DNA of 64,000 nt from Eledone cirrhosa (GCA_964016885.1 OZ024741.1:151714001-151778000), one strand, 5' to 3'; positions 1 to 14,339 are shown, numbered from the stretch's first letter. A program made the numbers and translations. Notes: a model not told the origin generated them from the sequence alone.

Positions 1-14
1 GGCCATGCTTCAAC

Positions 15-1558
15 ATGGACCTCTCAAATAAAGATGAAAAGTTGGCCCAGGCCTGGAAGCTCATCAAGCAAGAGCAAACCTGGGCCAACTTAACTGTCCC
101 AGTAGAAGCTATTGAGGCAGTGGAGCGCAGAACGGGGCATTATAGATGCATCTCAGCACAAACCAAAAGGGCAGCTTTAATCCCACAAGAAGATGTCGAA
201 GTCGCGCTGAGGTGCATCAGAGATGACACCGAATACATAGCGAGGGGCAGACAGTACAGCACCATTTCGGTGCTGTTCAAGTCAGAAGCCCTCGCTATGA
301 AACAAGCTGTGACTCCTTGCAAAACCAGAAAGGTCATAATGAATTCCTCGCACATGGTGAAAAGAACGGCCCGTCTCCGCATTCCCAGAATCCCACCAGG
401 ACTTGACACGTGGTGGCTTCTGGGATGTGTGATTGTGGAGGGGACGGATACCGTCCCGATAGAAGTGACAAGAACGGCCAGAGAGGACTGGTCCGGGTTG
501 ACCTGGAGACACTTCTCCAGATCAGGCCGGAGAATGTGAAGACAATCCCGGACCACATCCGCCTTCAGAATGGGACGGTCATTCATATTATAACCGAGGG
601 CAAAAGGCCGCATTGTTTTGTTTGTGGGGAAAAAACCCATTTGCGAGCCTTCTGCCCTCAACTGCTGAAAGATGCAAGGGGTCGAAGGGCTCCACTGCTG
701 CCGACGCCGAGGCGAGGACCACAACCAACACCAGCACCAGCAAAACCACCAACATCAAAACCAATAGAAAATTCACCACCAACATTGACCATCCAGGGGA
801 AAACGAGGGAAGTTGTCAAATTCCCTCTCCTCCCCAAAATACACACATCAATAAAAACATAAACACACACACAGATACAGACACATTTATAGACACAGAC
901 CCCTCATCTACCAGTAGTAAAGATGAGGGAAAACCAAAATCCCCCAAAATACAAAAAAGGAAACACATAAAGTAAAAAAAACTCAACAAAGCACAAAATC
1001 ACCCACAATAAAAACTGCAGACACCACCCACGCAAAGATCTCTCCAATAACACCAACATCAACACCACCATCTCCATCACCATCATCAGAATCCCCCAAA
1101 CGCAAACAACCTAAACAGACGCAAGAACAAATACACACACAATCATCTGAAACCACAGACACCGCACTCACAACAAACACAGACACAACCGAAACAACAC
1201 CACCAAAACCATCACCACCACAGACACGCAAACAAATAAAATCACACCAACAAAACATACAAAACTTCGTGCTCGTCAGGAGGGCCAACAAGGAACTGAT
1301 GGCCCTCGTAGCACGAAGTGAAAATAAACGAAAAGAGGGGAAATTTTTCAATCGAGCACATTTCGCGTGCCGGAAGATTTGTTTCTGGTGCGAATGTCGC
1401 TCGATTTATACAAAGAAATACGAGACAGCTTTCCTCGGGACGTGCGAACCCCGAACGTAAAACCCACTTCAAGACTTTTAAAGGAGTTCCCAAAAGAAAC
1501 CCCACCAACTATGGAGGTCGAACCATCCGACCTTCACAAGAGCCCGGAAAGTAAGTAA
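15..1558 (+). pseudogene. LINE ORF1 (gag-like) with CX2CX4HX4C knuckle and Pro/Thr-rich tail, frameshifted
   Basis: CFVCGEKTHLRAFC in ORF 410..862; homologous to CVVCGEGTHLRAFC in copy B; broken over ORFs 15..539, 410..862 and downstream frames. Confidence 0.8.
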
Positions 1559-1590
1559 ACCTTTCCTCTCTCTCTTTTTAACCTACCAAC

Positions 1591-4500
1591 ATGGCCGTAT
1601 TAAGAGTAGGATGTTTAAATGTTCGAGGCCTGGGATCGTCCTGGAAGCAGGGTCACCTGCTCAACGACCTCAGGTCTATAGAAATGGATGTAATTGCCGT
1701 CAGCGAGACCAGGATTTCCGACACGCGCGCACTAGCCCCCATTTTCGACGACTATCAGATCTTTGCATCTGTTAGCCGGCCGGGAATGGAGGGCCGGGTG
1801 GCAGTGCTGTTTAGGAAAGGCCTGGATCTCGAGGTAAGGTCGATCTTCCGGGACCCGGACGGGAAGTTGGTGGTCCTGGACGTGAACAATAACGGAGGTG
1901 GTGCCTTTAGACTGGTGGCCGTCTATGCCCCTACTGGGGCAGAACGGCCGGACTTCTTTAGACGCCTCGAAGCCTTTCTGGGTACGTCTCGCCCTTTACT
2001 GTTATCAGGGGGACTGGAACCGCACCTTAGACGCACGCTGGGACTGTGTGGGAGTATCCGATAGGAGCGGGGGGTGCAAAATCCTCAAGAACCTGATCAG
2101 CCAGTTCCAACTGTCTGACAGGTACCGACTAGATTTCCTTAATGCGCCAGTGTGGACCTGGACTAACCGCATAGCGTCATCTAGATCGTATATAGACAGG
2201 ATATTCATTAGGAAAATAGACAGAAATAGTGTAAGCTGTCCACGTTTTGAAATGGTCGCCTATTCAGATCACAAGTTTGTGATCTGTATGGTCGACCTAG
2301 ATAAGACACGTAGGTTAGGACCTAGTTACTGGAAGCTAAACATATATCATTTCCGGCACGTAATGCTTACAGGGACCAGGTCAACAATTTAGTTAAGAAA
2401 AAGTTGACAGGGGTAGTCGTCAACAATAGATGGTAGGGGGCTCTCAAAAGAGAGATTAGAGTAATGTCGATAGAGTTTAGCAAAGAAGTAGCGTTAGAGA
2501 AAAATAGAAAGGAGGTGGAGTTGGTAGATAAGTTAGACGAGGCTATTGGTAGTGGCATTGCAACTGGCGTGCTAGCGGCGAGAACGGCATTAGACCATTT
2601 CTTCAATGCGAAACACGAAGATTGCATTGTCAGAGCTAAGGCGCGTGCTCTGAGAAACGAAGGAACCAAAACTGTTCGATGGGCCCGCGTGCCAGAGGCG
2701 CAGCATGGTAATAAAACCACGATTCGGTCTTTGACGGACCGAAACGGACACGAGCTGAGCGATTCCAAGCGGATGTGTGAGGCCTTTCGCAAATATTTTG
2801 CTCGGTTGTTCGGGGGAAGTGGCGGGTCAGAGATGGTGGCGGACTTCAGTCCCTACCTCGATGGCTTGCCGCAACTCTCGACGGCTGACGCTGGGCGCTG
2901 CGAAAGGCCAGTTACTTCAGCCGAGATTCAGGATGCCCTTTTCGGCTGCATGAGGCGCAAGTCACCCGGTTTGGATGGTCTGCCCTACGAGCTTTACGTA
3001 AACATGCCAGACTTGTTCTCCAATCTCCTCGAAGCCCTCTACTGCAACTGGCAGCAAAATGGGAGTATTCCCAGTTCTGTGAGCCGGGACGTAGTGACGC
3101 TGATAAGGAAAGACGAGAACAAGAAGGACACATTAGACAATTTCAGGCCCATAACTCTGCTCAACACAGAGTTTAAGATTTTGGCCAGGGTGTTAGCGAA
3201 GAGGTTGGCGCTTGTCGTCGGGGATTTGGTTGGGGAGGCGCAAACTTGCGCAATCCCAACCAGGTCCATACATGACAACCTCCACCTAATGCGATACATC
3301 ATAGAGAGGGTAGGGTGTAAACCTAGCTTCGGTGGGGATCTGATCAATTTAGATCAATCGAAAGCATTCGATAGGGTCAACCATCGATACCTGGAGGCTG
3401 TCCTCAAGGCGGCTGGATCGCTGCAATGCACAGCGGCACCTGATCGGTGGTCAAAATTAATGGCCACCTTTCGGAACCGTTTAAGGTCTCCCGATCGGTC
3501 CGTCAAGGGTGCCCTCTCTCCTCCCTTCTGTACGTATTGACTCTCGAGCCTTTACTGCGGAAGCTGGAGCTGTTGCAGGGCATCCTGTTCGAACCGGGAC
3601 GCGGAAAGGCTGTGTCGGCTTATGCAGACGACATCACCGTGATGGTGTCGGACACCTCAGAAATCGAGGTGGTCGGCAACTTATGGGAGGAATATGAAAG
3701 GTTGACGGGAGCAAAACTTAACCCGGAAAAGTCGGTGGGCTTGCATCTCGGCACCTGGAGAGGCAAATCCATGCCGTCTAACAACTTCGTTAGGCGCTGG
3801 ACAGACGGACCGGTAAAGTTGCTCGGGGTTTGGTTCGGTCCAGACCTCCAGGTGGATAAGAATTGGAACGAGGTGACGGGCAGGGTGGCCAGTCTCACCC
3901 AGAAATGGGCTGGGAGGAAGCTATCACTGAAAGGTCGGGCGGAGGTGACGAACGCGTACATCGCGTCCGTCTTCTACTACCGTCTGACCGTCGTCCCTTT
4001 ACCCCGTTTGCGCCTCGCCATCTTGGAGCGGCTCCTCTTCAAATTCTTGAGGAGGGGTCAGGTTCCGCTGGTGAGGAAGTCCATCTGCTGCCAGCACCGT
4101 CTACGTGGAGGGCTGGGCATGCCGTGGCTAATGATGCGCAGACACGCGCTGATGCTGCGGAATCTCCAGATATTCTGCCTAAACGATGAACAGGTGTGGT
4201 CGCCGTTTGTCAGACGAGCCTTTACGCAGCTCGTTTCTTTGACTGAGCTGGAGTCCTGAGTCAAGAAGAGATTGAGGCTGGGTGACTGGCATCTGGAATG
4301 TTGCCAGGAACTCACTGCCCTCTACCAGGCGGGCAATGCGGTCAGTGGAACTTCCACTCTCGAGTTCTATAGAGGATTAGTGGTGGGGGAGTGCGACGAC
4401 GCACTCGGAGAGGCTCTAGGAGTCGACGAAGTCGAACTAACCAGTCTGTTCCGGAGGACTTTCGAGCCGGGGACGATGGATAATTTCCAAAAATCCCTCG

Positions 4501-4990
4501 CTTGGCAGTGCTACCGGGGGGCACTGCCGGTTCGAGATAAACTCTACAGGCACGGAAGTGCCGCCAGACGGACCTGCCCGAGATGCGCGCAGAGCAACGG
4601 AACCGTTCGGCACGTACTCGTCCAGTGTCCGTGCATTACTGACTTGTGGGGATATATCGAACAACTGTCGTCGCGTGTAGAACGGATCCGGCTATCGGCC
4701 GAGTCCATAGTGAAGATCGACCCGCCGCCTTCTTTTGGTCAGGAAGGGCAGGCAATTTTCCTCTGTCTGTTGGCAGTAGCGAAAGAGGTTATATGGTGGA
4801 CGAGGTTGAAAGGACTGAAGACAGACACTTTTCTCTTCGGCCAATCCCTCATCAACTTTTTCAAGTTTCACTTGGAAAGGAAGGTGAGGGTGGAGAGAGA
4901 AGTGCTGCCCCCCAGTACATTTGCTGAAAGATGAGTGAATGTGGCGAGAATGGCCCGTGTGAGTGGGCTTACTCTGGTCATGCGGCTGTA
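1591..4990 (+). pseudogene. LINE ORF2 (APE endonuclease + reverse transcriptase + CCHC), disrupted
   Basis: LNVRGL/SET/VYAP/GDWN/IDRIF/SDH (APE); KSPGLDG, FRPITLLN, DQSKAFDRV, VRQGCPLS, AYADD, LGVWFG (RT); CPRCAQ..HVLVQC; several frameshifts and stops; ~22-nt deletion at ~3415 between ggctgg repeats relative to copy B. Confidence 0.92.
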
Positions 4991-5552
4991 GGTGGGTAAA
5001 TTTGAGAAGAGGGGTGCCCTTCCAGGGTGCTCTCGAAGCTTCGGGTCGTTCAGGATTGGTGGGGTACCTGAGTGAACCCTGGGTGGTCATCCTCCTATTG
5101 GGGATTTTTTTCTTGTTGTAATTGTATTGTTACTTTGTTATTGTGATTCATATTGTTTACTCGATTTTTCTGTAAAACCCCACTGCCCCAGTCTTTTGTA
5201 TTGTCCCCTATATGTTAGTTGGCAGTATAGGGTATTTATAGTATAAATGACAAAGCTTGAGGAAACAGAGCGGTGAAAAATTAACTAAAACGTGATGATA
5301 GTACATCTATTTAAAGGAGATTCTCTATGAAACAGTGGATTCCTGTAATGAGCCCACACATTTATATCTACGCTACAATATTGATGAAGAGGTGAAGTAA
5401 GAAGAGATATGTAGAGATTTTATCACCGGAATGTTAATTTTCGGTGATATATATTAGATTTAATAAACCTCTGTACTGAACAGGTTTTTACTATCATTTT
5501 CCTTCGGGTTTCAAGAACAGAACACTTCTAAATAATTCGCTAATCTTTAAAC

Positions 5553-5596
<44 letters not shown>

Positions 5597-5601
<5 letters not shown>

Positions 5602-5925
5602 ATACGTTGGGAGGGTCATGTTGCCAATAAGAAACACACGCACCAGAAGCTTTCACTCCAATTTATTATAAATTAAATTATAAAATAAAAAAAATTATAA
5701 ATTTCCGGTTGGTTGGTTGGTTGGTTCCACAACCGGACGGTTGTTCATATATTGTCAAAGTAGTTTCGTCACACATTCTGTGACCTCATCAGTGACCGGA
5801 GATTCTTTTCTTTGTTTTGTGCCTCTGCTTTGTTCTGTCCTACGCCATCTTATTTTTTAAAAAATAATAGCGGTTTCAACACACGTTTTCCGATAAAGAA
5901 TCTTGCTAAACAAATTCAGAAACGA
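5597..5925 (-). mobile_element. PLE family P2 pseudo-LTR fragment with small inverted terminal piece
   Basis: 5597-5850 matches the 3' repeat of the PLE at 51515-54333 (minus); 5870-5925 is the opposite-orientation tail cggtttcaacacacg...caaattcagaaacg; flanked by TA. Confidence 0.85.
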
Positions 5926-5965
5926 TATATATAAAGAATCACATACATACACGCACACACACAAA

Positions 5966-6072
<107 letters not shown>

Positions 6073-6592
6073 ATGTGATTCTTTAAGTACATCTATATTT
6101 CTTTAAATATATTTTATTAAAATACTAAAATGAAAAAATGTCTTACGATAAAACCTAAACCTACAAAATAAAAAATAAAACATTTTCCACAATATCTTTA
6201 TTATCAACACAACGAAATAATCATTAGACATTCTCTTGGTTTTTGGTATTATTTATATTTTTTTCCCGTTCACAATTATTCGAAGTCTACCATGGGAAAT
6301 AGTTCTATTTCTTTCCAAGAGATTTTATGCCTCCTGTCTTTCTTACTGTTATCTTTATGTATGTTTTGTTTTTGTTTTGCTTCATACTTCTGAGTGTGTG
6401 TCTGCGTGTGCTTTTAAGGACGTTTCTGGGTATATATATATATATATATGATCCATTTTTTTTTTTTTTTTGGCAAATGCAATTAAAAATTCGTTAATTA
6501 ACGAAAGAATCTCTAATATTGAAACTTGCATTATAATAGGCTGGAAAAAAAAAAAAAAAAATAACAACAACAAAAACATCAACAACAACAAC

Positions 6593-6631
<39 letters not shown>

Positions 6632-6793
6632 TGTTTCTACTTTTGGCACAAGGCCAGCAATTATCCAGTGTATTAGTGGTACTTTATTTTATCGACCCCG
6701 TAAGGAGGAAAGCAAAGTTAACCTCGGCGGGACTTGAACTGTGCTGCAAAGCATGGCGCCCGACCCTCTACCGATACTGCCAATTCACCGCCA
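6632..6793 (-). mobile_element. tRNA-like SINE (same family as 32097-32282)
   Basis: Reverse complement of ggcggtgaattggcagtatcggtagagggtcgg...ccgaggttaactttgct...ggggtcgataaaataaagtacc; between (AAT)n tracts. Confidence 0.8.
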
Positions 6794-7039
6794 TTAATAA
6801 TAATAATAATAATGTTTTCTTTATTAACCACAAGGGTTTACATAAAGTAGACATTAAGGACAGTACAGGACAATACAGGACGGTACAAATGGGCATTTCT
6901 GCGTGTAAAAAAACAGAGGATGTAATAAAATAACAAAGAAAAATTCCCCAATAGGGGGGAGACTCCGAGGGACATTTGTGGAGAAAGCCCATTAAAAGAT
7001 CACAGTGACCCTGACCACCAGGGCAAGTGCCCTCTCCCA

Positions 7040-10000
7040 GTTGCCACCATTAATTTACAGACACATACTCAGAGAAGGCCCATTCATTCGGGCCATACTT
7101 GCTTCTCTCACCCATCTTTCAACAAAATGCTGGGAAGAGAGCACTTCCCTCTCTACCCTGATTTTCCTTTTCAAAGGTAAGTGCTCGTCTTCAGCCCTTT
7201 CAAACGTGTCCACCATACTATCTCTTTCGCCATGGCCACCAGACAGATAAAAACTGCCTGCCCTTCCCGGCTAAAGGAAGAGGGCGGGGCAATCCTCACG
7301 ATGGACTCAGCTGATAGCTGGATCCGTCCTACACGTGACAGCAGGTGTTCAACATAAACCCACAAGTCAGCAATGCTCGGACACTGGACGAGTGCGTGCA
7401 GGACAATTTCGTCGCCCTGTGCGCATCTCGGACATGCCCGGTTGACGGCACCTCCATGCCTGTAGAGTTTATCCCGAACTGGCAAAGCTCCCCGGTAGCA
7501 CTGCTAGGCCAGGGATTTCTGGAAGTTGTCCATAGGCCCCGGCCCGAAAGTCCTTCCGAAGAGATTGGCTAGTTGATTTTCGTCGACGCCTAGAGTTTCT
7601 CCAAGTACGTCGTCGCTCTTCCCCGCCACTAATCCCCTATAGAACGCCAAGGTGGAGTTTCCACCGATCACATTGCCCGATTGGTCGAGGGCTGTGAGCG
7701 CCTGAAGACATTCCAGTCTCCAAGCGCTCCCTCTCGGTCTTCGCTTGACCCAGGACTGCAGATCCGTCAAGGAGACGAGCTGGGGAAAAACGTGTCTAGC
7801 AAACGGCGACCACACCTGATCACCGTCGAGGAAGAGGTGGAGATGTCGTAGCCTGAGCGCGTGTCTGCGCATCATCAGCCACGGCATGCCCAGCCCTCCA
7901 CGTAGCGGGTGTTGACAGCAGATGGACCGCCTGACCATCGGAGCGCGTCCCTTCCACAAGAAGCGAAAGAGCAAACGCTCCAGCGTAGTCAGGCGGGGCT
8001 TAGGACAGGGTACGACGGTCAGGCGGTAGTAGATGACGGACGCGATGTACGCGTTAGCCACCTCCGCTCGACCTTTCAGGGATAGCTTCCTCTCGGCCCA
8101 TTTCTGGGTGAGAGAAGCCACCCTACTCGTCACCTCGTCCCAGTTTTTGTCCGTCTGGAGTTCTGGACCGAACCAGACCCCTAGCAATTTAACCGGTCCC
8201 TCCGTTCAGCGCCCGACGACGCTGTTGGACGGCATGGACCTGCCGCTCCAGGTGCCGAGCTGCAGGCCCACTGACTTTTCCTGGTTGATCATTGCTCCTG
8301 TCACCGCTTCGTATTCTCTTACTGTAGTGCCGATCGCCTCGATGTGTTTGGCGTTCGACACCACTACGGTGAAATCGTCCGCATATGCTGACACGGATCT
8401 TCCGCATCCTAGTTCGCGCGGGACCCCCCTCAACGTCTCCAGTTTGTGCAGCAATGGCTCGAGAGTCAATACGTACAATAGGGACGAGAGGGGACATCCT
8501 TGGCGGACCGAGCGCATGATGTTGAACGGTTCCGAAAGGTGACCGTTCACTCTCACTACAGAGCAGATGTCGCTGTGCATGGCAGCGATCCAGCCTCTGA
8601 AGACGGGCCCAAAGCCAGCCGCCCTCAGGACTGCCGCTAGCTAACGATAGTCGACCCTATCGAAGGCTTTCGACTGATCTAAATTGATCAAAGACCCACC
8701 TGTGCCAGGTTCCCTAGCTACCCTCTCTACGATGTATCGCATGAGGTGGAGGTTGTCGTAGATGGATCTGTCGGGAATGGCGCATGTCTATGCCTCTCCC
8801 ACCAGACCACCAACGACAAGCCCCAACCTCTTTGCTAGCACCTGGGCCAAAATCTTGAACTCTGTGTTTAGCAGAGTTATGGGCCTAAAATTATCTATGT
8901 TATCCCCCTTGTTCGGATCCTTTCTCAGCAGCGCCATCGCTCCTCGGCTCACAGAGCTGGGACTTCTCCCGTTCTGTTGCCAGTTGCAGTAGACGTCCGC
9001 CAAGAGGCCTCCGAACAAGTCTGGCATTTGTACGTAAAGTTCATAGGGCAGACCATCCAAACCAGGCGATTTACCCTTTGTGCAGCCAGTCATTGCCTCC
9101 CGTACTTCAGCGGTTGTTATCGGCTTTTCGCAACATTCCGCCTCAGTGGTCGAGAGCCGCGGCAGTCCGTCGAGGTAGACACTAAAGTCCATCCCTCGAT
9201 CCGGCCCGCCACTGCCCCCGAACGGTTGAGCGAAGTGTCGCTGAAAAGCTTCACACATTTGCCCGGGATCGAGTATCATGCGCCCGTGGTGGTCCACTAA
9301 ATACCGGATCGTGGCTTTGTTGCCACGACGCGCCTCCGCCACTCGGGCCCATTGAACGGCTTTCGTCCCCTCGTGTCTGAGAGCACGCACCCTAGCTCTG
9401 ACAACGCAGCCTTCGTGATTTGCTTTGAAGAATTGGTCAAGGGCCAATTTCGCCGCAAGTACGTCGGTCGCGATGACTTTGCTAAGCGCCTCGTCTAATT
9501 TTCTAACTAATTCTCCCTCTGCTCTTTTTTTCTCTATTGCTAAAGCCTTACTAAACCTAATGGACTCTATTCTAATTGCTCTTTTCAGAGCAAACCACCA
9601 CTTGTTGTTGACGATGGCCCCAGTCAACGCCCGCTTAACTAGTTCGCTAATCCGGTCTTTGTAGGCCTTGCGCGCTGGTAAGGACGCGTTTAGCTTCCAG
9701 TAGCCGGGTCCTCGTCTATGAAGCCTATCTAAGTCAAGCACACAGATCACGAATTTGTGGTCGTTGTAGCTGACTATCTTGAATTGTGGACAGCTTATGC
9801 TAGACCTATCTATTTCCCTACAAAATACTCTATCTAGATATGATCTGGATGACCCTATGCAATTCGTCCAAGTCCACATTGGTACATTCGGGAAATCCAA
9901 TCGGTACCTGTCAGACAGTTCAAAACGCCTGAGCAGGTTGGTGAGACTCTTGCACCCTCCTTCCCTATCCACTAATCCCACACAATCCCAGCGTTCATCT

Positions 10001-10437
10001 AAGATCCCGTTCCAGTCGCCCACTAACACTAAAGAGCGGGACGTTCCAAGAAAGGTCTCCAGCTGCCGGAAGAAATCAGGCCGCCCTGCTCCTGTCGGGG
10101 CATAGACGGCCACTAACCTGAAAGCTTGCCCGTCTCCGCTGGTCACGTCCAGCACCACCAACTTACCTTCTGGGTCCAGGAAGATGGCCCGTATGGCAAG
10201 ATCCAAACCTCTCCGAAAAAACACAGCAACTCCTCCCCCCGATCCCGGACGGCTGTGAGATGCGTACACATCGTAGCCGCCGAAGACCGGTGCGAAGGCC
10301 CGTGCTTCGGAGATTCTGGTCTCGCTGATGGCCACTACATCTATGTTTAGTGACCTGAGGTCGTTGAGCAGGTGGCCCTGCTTCCATGACGACCCCAAGC
10401 CACGCGCATTTATGCTGCCTATTCTGAGTGAGGTCGT
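7040..10437 (-). pseudogene. LINE ORF2 (APE + RT + CCHC), disrupted
   Basis: ORFs 8788..10398, 8206..8580, 7504..8187, 7171..7485 are colinear with copy A ORF2 (AYADDF, VRQGCPLS, CPRCAQGDE..HALVQC); start codon position reads ACG. Confidence 0.92.
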
Positions 10438-10471
10438 GTTGAAAAGGAGTGGAAAAGATGGGAAAGACCAC

Positions 10472-12448
10472 TTACCTTACTTCTCGTAGAGGAAGGACGG
10501 TTTTTCCATCCTTTTCACTGCTTGTGGCCTCCTCAGGAAGGATGCCCTTATAAATCCTCCTGGAGAGTGCTTGTCGGAAGTCTCCGATGTCTTTGGGGAA
10601 TTTTTGTTTTAGTGTCATGTTCATTTTCTGTGTGATTCGAGTTATTTGTATGTGTGGAGGTGGTGTGAATTTTTGGGTTGTTGTGTAGTCTTTTTCTGTG
10701 ATGCTGGTGTTGTGTTGGGTGTAGTGTAATAATTGCTTGTTGTTCAAATTTAATGCTGTGTAGTGTGTATCGTTTTGGTTGTTTTGTTTTGTTTGCGTTT
10801 GTTGTGGGTTTGTTTCTGTTTCGCATTTTGGTAACTTTTGTGGTGTAGGTGATGGTGGTGTTGGGGTTAATGATGGTGATGGTGTTGGTGTTTGGGTTGA
10901 TGGGGTTGGTGATGCTGGTGTGGATGGTGGCATATCTGTCCTAACTTTTTTGTTTGTTAATTTATTTGTTTCCCTCTGTATTTTGTTTTTGGAGGGGGAA
11001 GGAAGAGAATTTTTTCTTTTTTGGTTTCTTTTTTTTTTTTCCTGATACCGTTTCCCACTCCTCGTCGTCACAATCTGTCTCCAGTTGTGATAGGCCGGGG
11101 AGTGGAAAATCCTCCACAGGCGTTAGTTTTGGTTGTGGTGTGGTGGATGGTGTAGGCGCTGGTGCTAGTTCTGAAGCGTTGGGTGGTGGTGGCGTTGGTT
11201 TTGCTGGTGGTGGTGGTGTTGGTTTTGTTACTGTCGCTGGGGTTGTTGCTGTTATAGTTGCTTCTGTTGTTGCTGCTACAGTTGTTGCTGCCATCTCTGC
11301 TACTGGTAGTGTTGATGGTTGAGTCACTGGGGTGGGTAGGAGAGGTGGCCTCAACCTTTTAGCCTGAGGGCAGAAAGCCCTTAGGTGGGTTCCTTCACCA
11401 CAAACGACACACCTAGGCCTTCTGCCCTCGACAATTACGGTGAGGTGGCTGCCGTCAGTGAGGTCTATTAGCTCTGGGATCTCCTCAATGCTTTTTTGGT
11501 CCGCTTGGATCAGGAGCTCCATCCCAGATCCGGACCAGTTCTCCTGCTTTTTTTTGCTATTGCTATTATCTTTGTGTTGGCTTCGATGCCGGCGAGGACG
11601 GCCGCTATTAGCCAGGGAATTTCGATGGCCGGTGGAACGTGGGTCACCCTGATCTTTACGAGTCTCTGGCCACAATAGCTTGGGACGAGTGTGAAGTCGT
11701 CACTTCTTAATGGGGCCATGGAGTGTTCTCTAGCCTCCTCTGGTGTTTCAAAGAACACATCCACGATTCCATACTTCTGCCCACGTCAGATGTGGGTTTT
11801 TCTTGCCCACACATGTCCCAAAGCTTTTGGGATTTGGGACTCGGATGCCCGTTCCACTCGACGCGATTTTACATTTATTGTTCGATACGACACGGTGCAT
11901 AGGCGCCGATGCTCCATTTTATTAGGTGTGGGGGGTGAGGCTGACCCTGTACCCATCTTTCTTTACCATTTGTTTGGCATTTTCTAATTCGTCCTGAGTT
12001 ACCGTAAATGCTTCGCACTGTTTTGCTACTCTGGCAAAACTCAGGGTGGTTTTTTAATGTCATTGTTGTTGTTGTTGCTATCGTTATTTTTGTTATTATT
12101 AATTTTAGTTTCACTTGTGGTGGTGGTGACGTCAGTGAAGTTCGTTTTGGGAGAGTCCATTTTGGTTGAAAATATTTCGATATCACGAGTTGATTTATTT
12201 TTTCCTTTTGTTTCTGTTGTCGCGGTGGTGGTGGTTGTCGCGGTGGTGGTGGTGGTGGCGGCTTTAACACCTGCAGTCATTGGTAATGGCGGGAAATGAA
12301 TGTCTGCCTGAGACAAATTTAAAGTATTGCTAGTGCTTAAATTGTTTGTGTTGGCAAACGTAGTATCATTTACAATGGTGGTGTCGCTGTGAGGTGTTAA
12401 TTTGTGAGAAAGGCTTTCAGCTGCTTGGTGCAGAGGTGAATTAGCCAT
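10472..12448 (-). pseudogene. LINE ORF1 with zinc knuckle, frameshifted
   Basis: ORFs 12041..12448, 11510..11764, 10962..11675 (CVVCGEGTHLRAFC), 10472..11071. Confidence 0.8.
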
Positions 12449-12946
12449 TTTTTTTTCAAAGAAATTTTTTGATAATCATAAAAGTTTAAATTTTGGGCAC
12501 CAATCTTTTTGGGTGTCCTTTTCGGAAAACAATGTATGTGCGCTTATATATAGTTAACAATAAAAATGTTCCATAAATGGCAATTTTTAACAAACGGAAA
12601 TAACAAACCTTTGCGGAGCTCACGATGATACGATTTACTACGTAGGTCGCAAATAATAATAATAATAATAATAATATAATCCATATTATAATTACAAAAA
12701 ATAAATTTTAGAAAAAACGACAAAATTTAAAACAACCAAAAATAACAGTTAATATTTTACGCGAAGGTAAAGTTAAATAATTCAGAAGAAAATTACAAAA
12801 TATCGGATATGACAAGCTTTTTTTTTCCTTTAATTATTTTGTCGTATGCATTTTTCCTCTCTTTTATGTTCATAGAAATTCTTTTCAGCTGAAAAAGTCT
12901 TTAATATGATATTAATATAGATAAGTCAGATGTTCAGAAATATTTC

Positions 12947-12988
<42 letters not shown>

Positions 12989-14212
12989 ATGAAAATAGAG
13001 AAATTAATGTGAGCAAGGTGTGTGTATAAATATATATATATACATAATTATATGTGTGTGTATATATATATATGCGTGTGTGCACGTCTGAGTGTGTGTC
13101 AATGTGAATATAAATATATATGTGTGTGTGTTTGTGTGTGTATGTATCCATAGCGATGTGCAACCTTCTCATATTGTATCATGTTTCTTTTTCTCCTATT
13201 TAAGAAAATATGTTCATGTTCCCTTCTTCCTAGGCTAGAACTAATTAGGTTTTAATATAAAACTCAAAGTAAAATTTGGAATCCAAACCATAACGCAAAT
13301 ACATATTTTACTTCTTTATTCATCATGAAAGGGAAACATTATGTCGCTGTTCAATTTTGTTATATAGTGCAGTTTTATTTCGCCCACTTACTTGAAAACA
13401 TAAGTTTCCGTATTATCACTTGTCATCAAATTGAAATTCAGTGTGAGTTCTTCAGATTTATATATAAACATAGGAGTATAGAGGAAATCAACTGAATTAA
13501 ATTTGCGCTTAGTTGTACATTCTTTTCGTAGATTTGATGTTTACCCACATTTAAATGTTTTATCCCAAGCAATTACATTCAATGTTCTGAGGTTCGTTTT
13601 GTATGAATAAACCAGCATCTGTTTTAGAGTATAATTATAGCACCACACAACCAGGATCCATAACTTTATAGTCAAAATTATGATACTACCTGTATTTATA
13701 TATATATTAATTTTGAATAAGGATAAAATGTTTTCATATCATTTATAGAATATTTTGTAAAATTCGCATGACATATTATTTCCTTTTCTCACAGTATAAC
13801 ATTGTGGATTGATTTATTATATATTCTGGTAACAAATAAGTAATTACTGCATAATGTATATTATAGTGTGAAACAAATAAAGATTACGTTCGAATGAAAT
13901 TTGCGGGCGTTAACGTAACGATATCACCTGCTGCTTGAATGTGAAGGATTTTAGCATTATTTATTAACATTGATCGTAAATATGATAAAGTCACGGTAAA
14001 ATGAGATTGTCTTTCAGCATATTTTTTATTAGTGTAATTTGCACAGCGGGAAGATGCGTTCTTATACTTCAACTGAATCCCTCATTCAGCTGGAAATGTA
14101 TCGTGTTTCACAGATTTTATGACACTCAGTTACAGAGCATATCCTGACACAACACCACAGATATATGAATGGAGATATGACTATGTATAATATCCATCCA
14201 GCTATGCATCTT

Positions 14213-14255
<43 letters not shown>

Positions 14256-14339
14256 TCACTCACTCTCTCTCTCTCCCTCTTAATTACTCTCTCTCCCTGT
14301 CAATATATATATATGTGGGGGGCGGTTGTATGCATATAT

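Larger units (their letters stand above)
1..5215 (+). mobile_element. Tx1/L1-clade non-LTR retrotransposon, copy A (decayed; 5' part runs off the window, 3' tail not seen)
   Basis: ORF1 with zinc knuckle followed by ORF2 with APE endonuclease, RT and C-terminal CCHC, split across several ORF-track frames; GT-rich 3' UTR at ~4990-5215. Confidence 0.9.
6814..12650 (-). mobile_element. Tx1/L1-clade non-LTR retrotransposon, copy B, apparently full length, decayed
   Basis: 5' UTR ~12450-12650, ORF1, ORF2, 3' UTR with AATAAA near 6820; (AAT)n on both flanks. Confidence 0.9.

Noticed and set aside
5220-5555. Hammerhead in the segment following Tx1 copy A (TTGATGAAG..CCGGAA)
   Set aside because: Core mismatched and stems I and III could not be drawn
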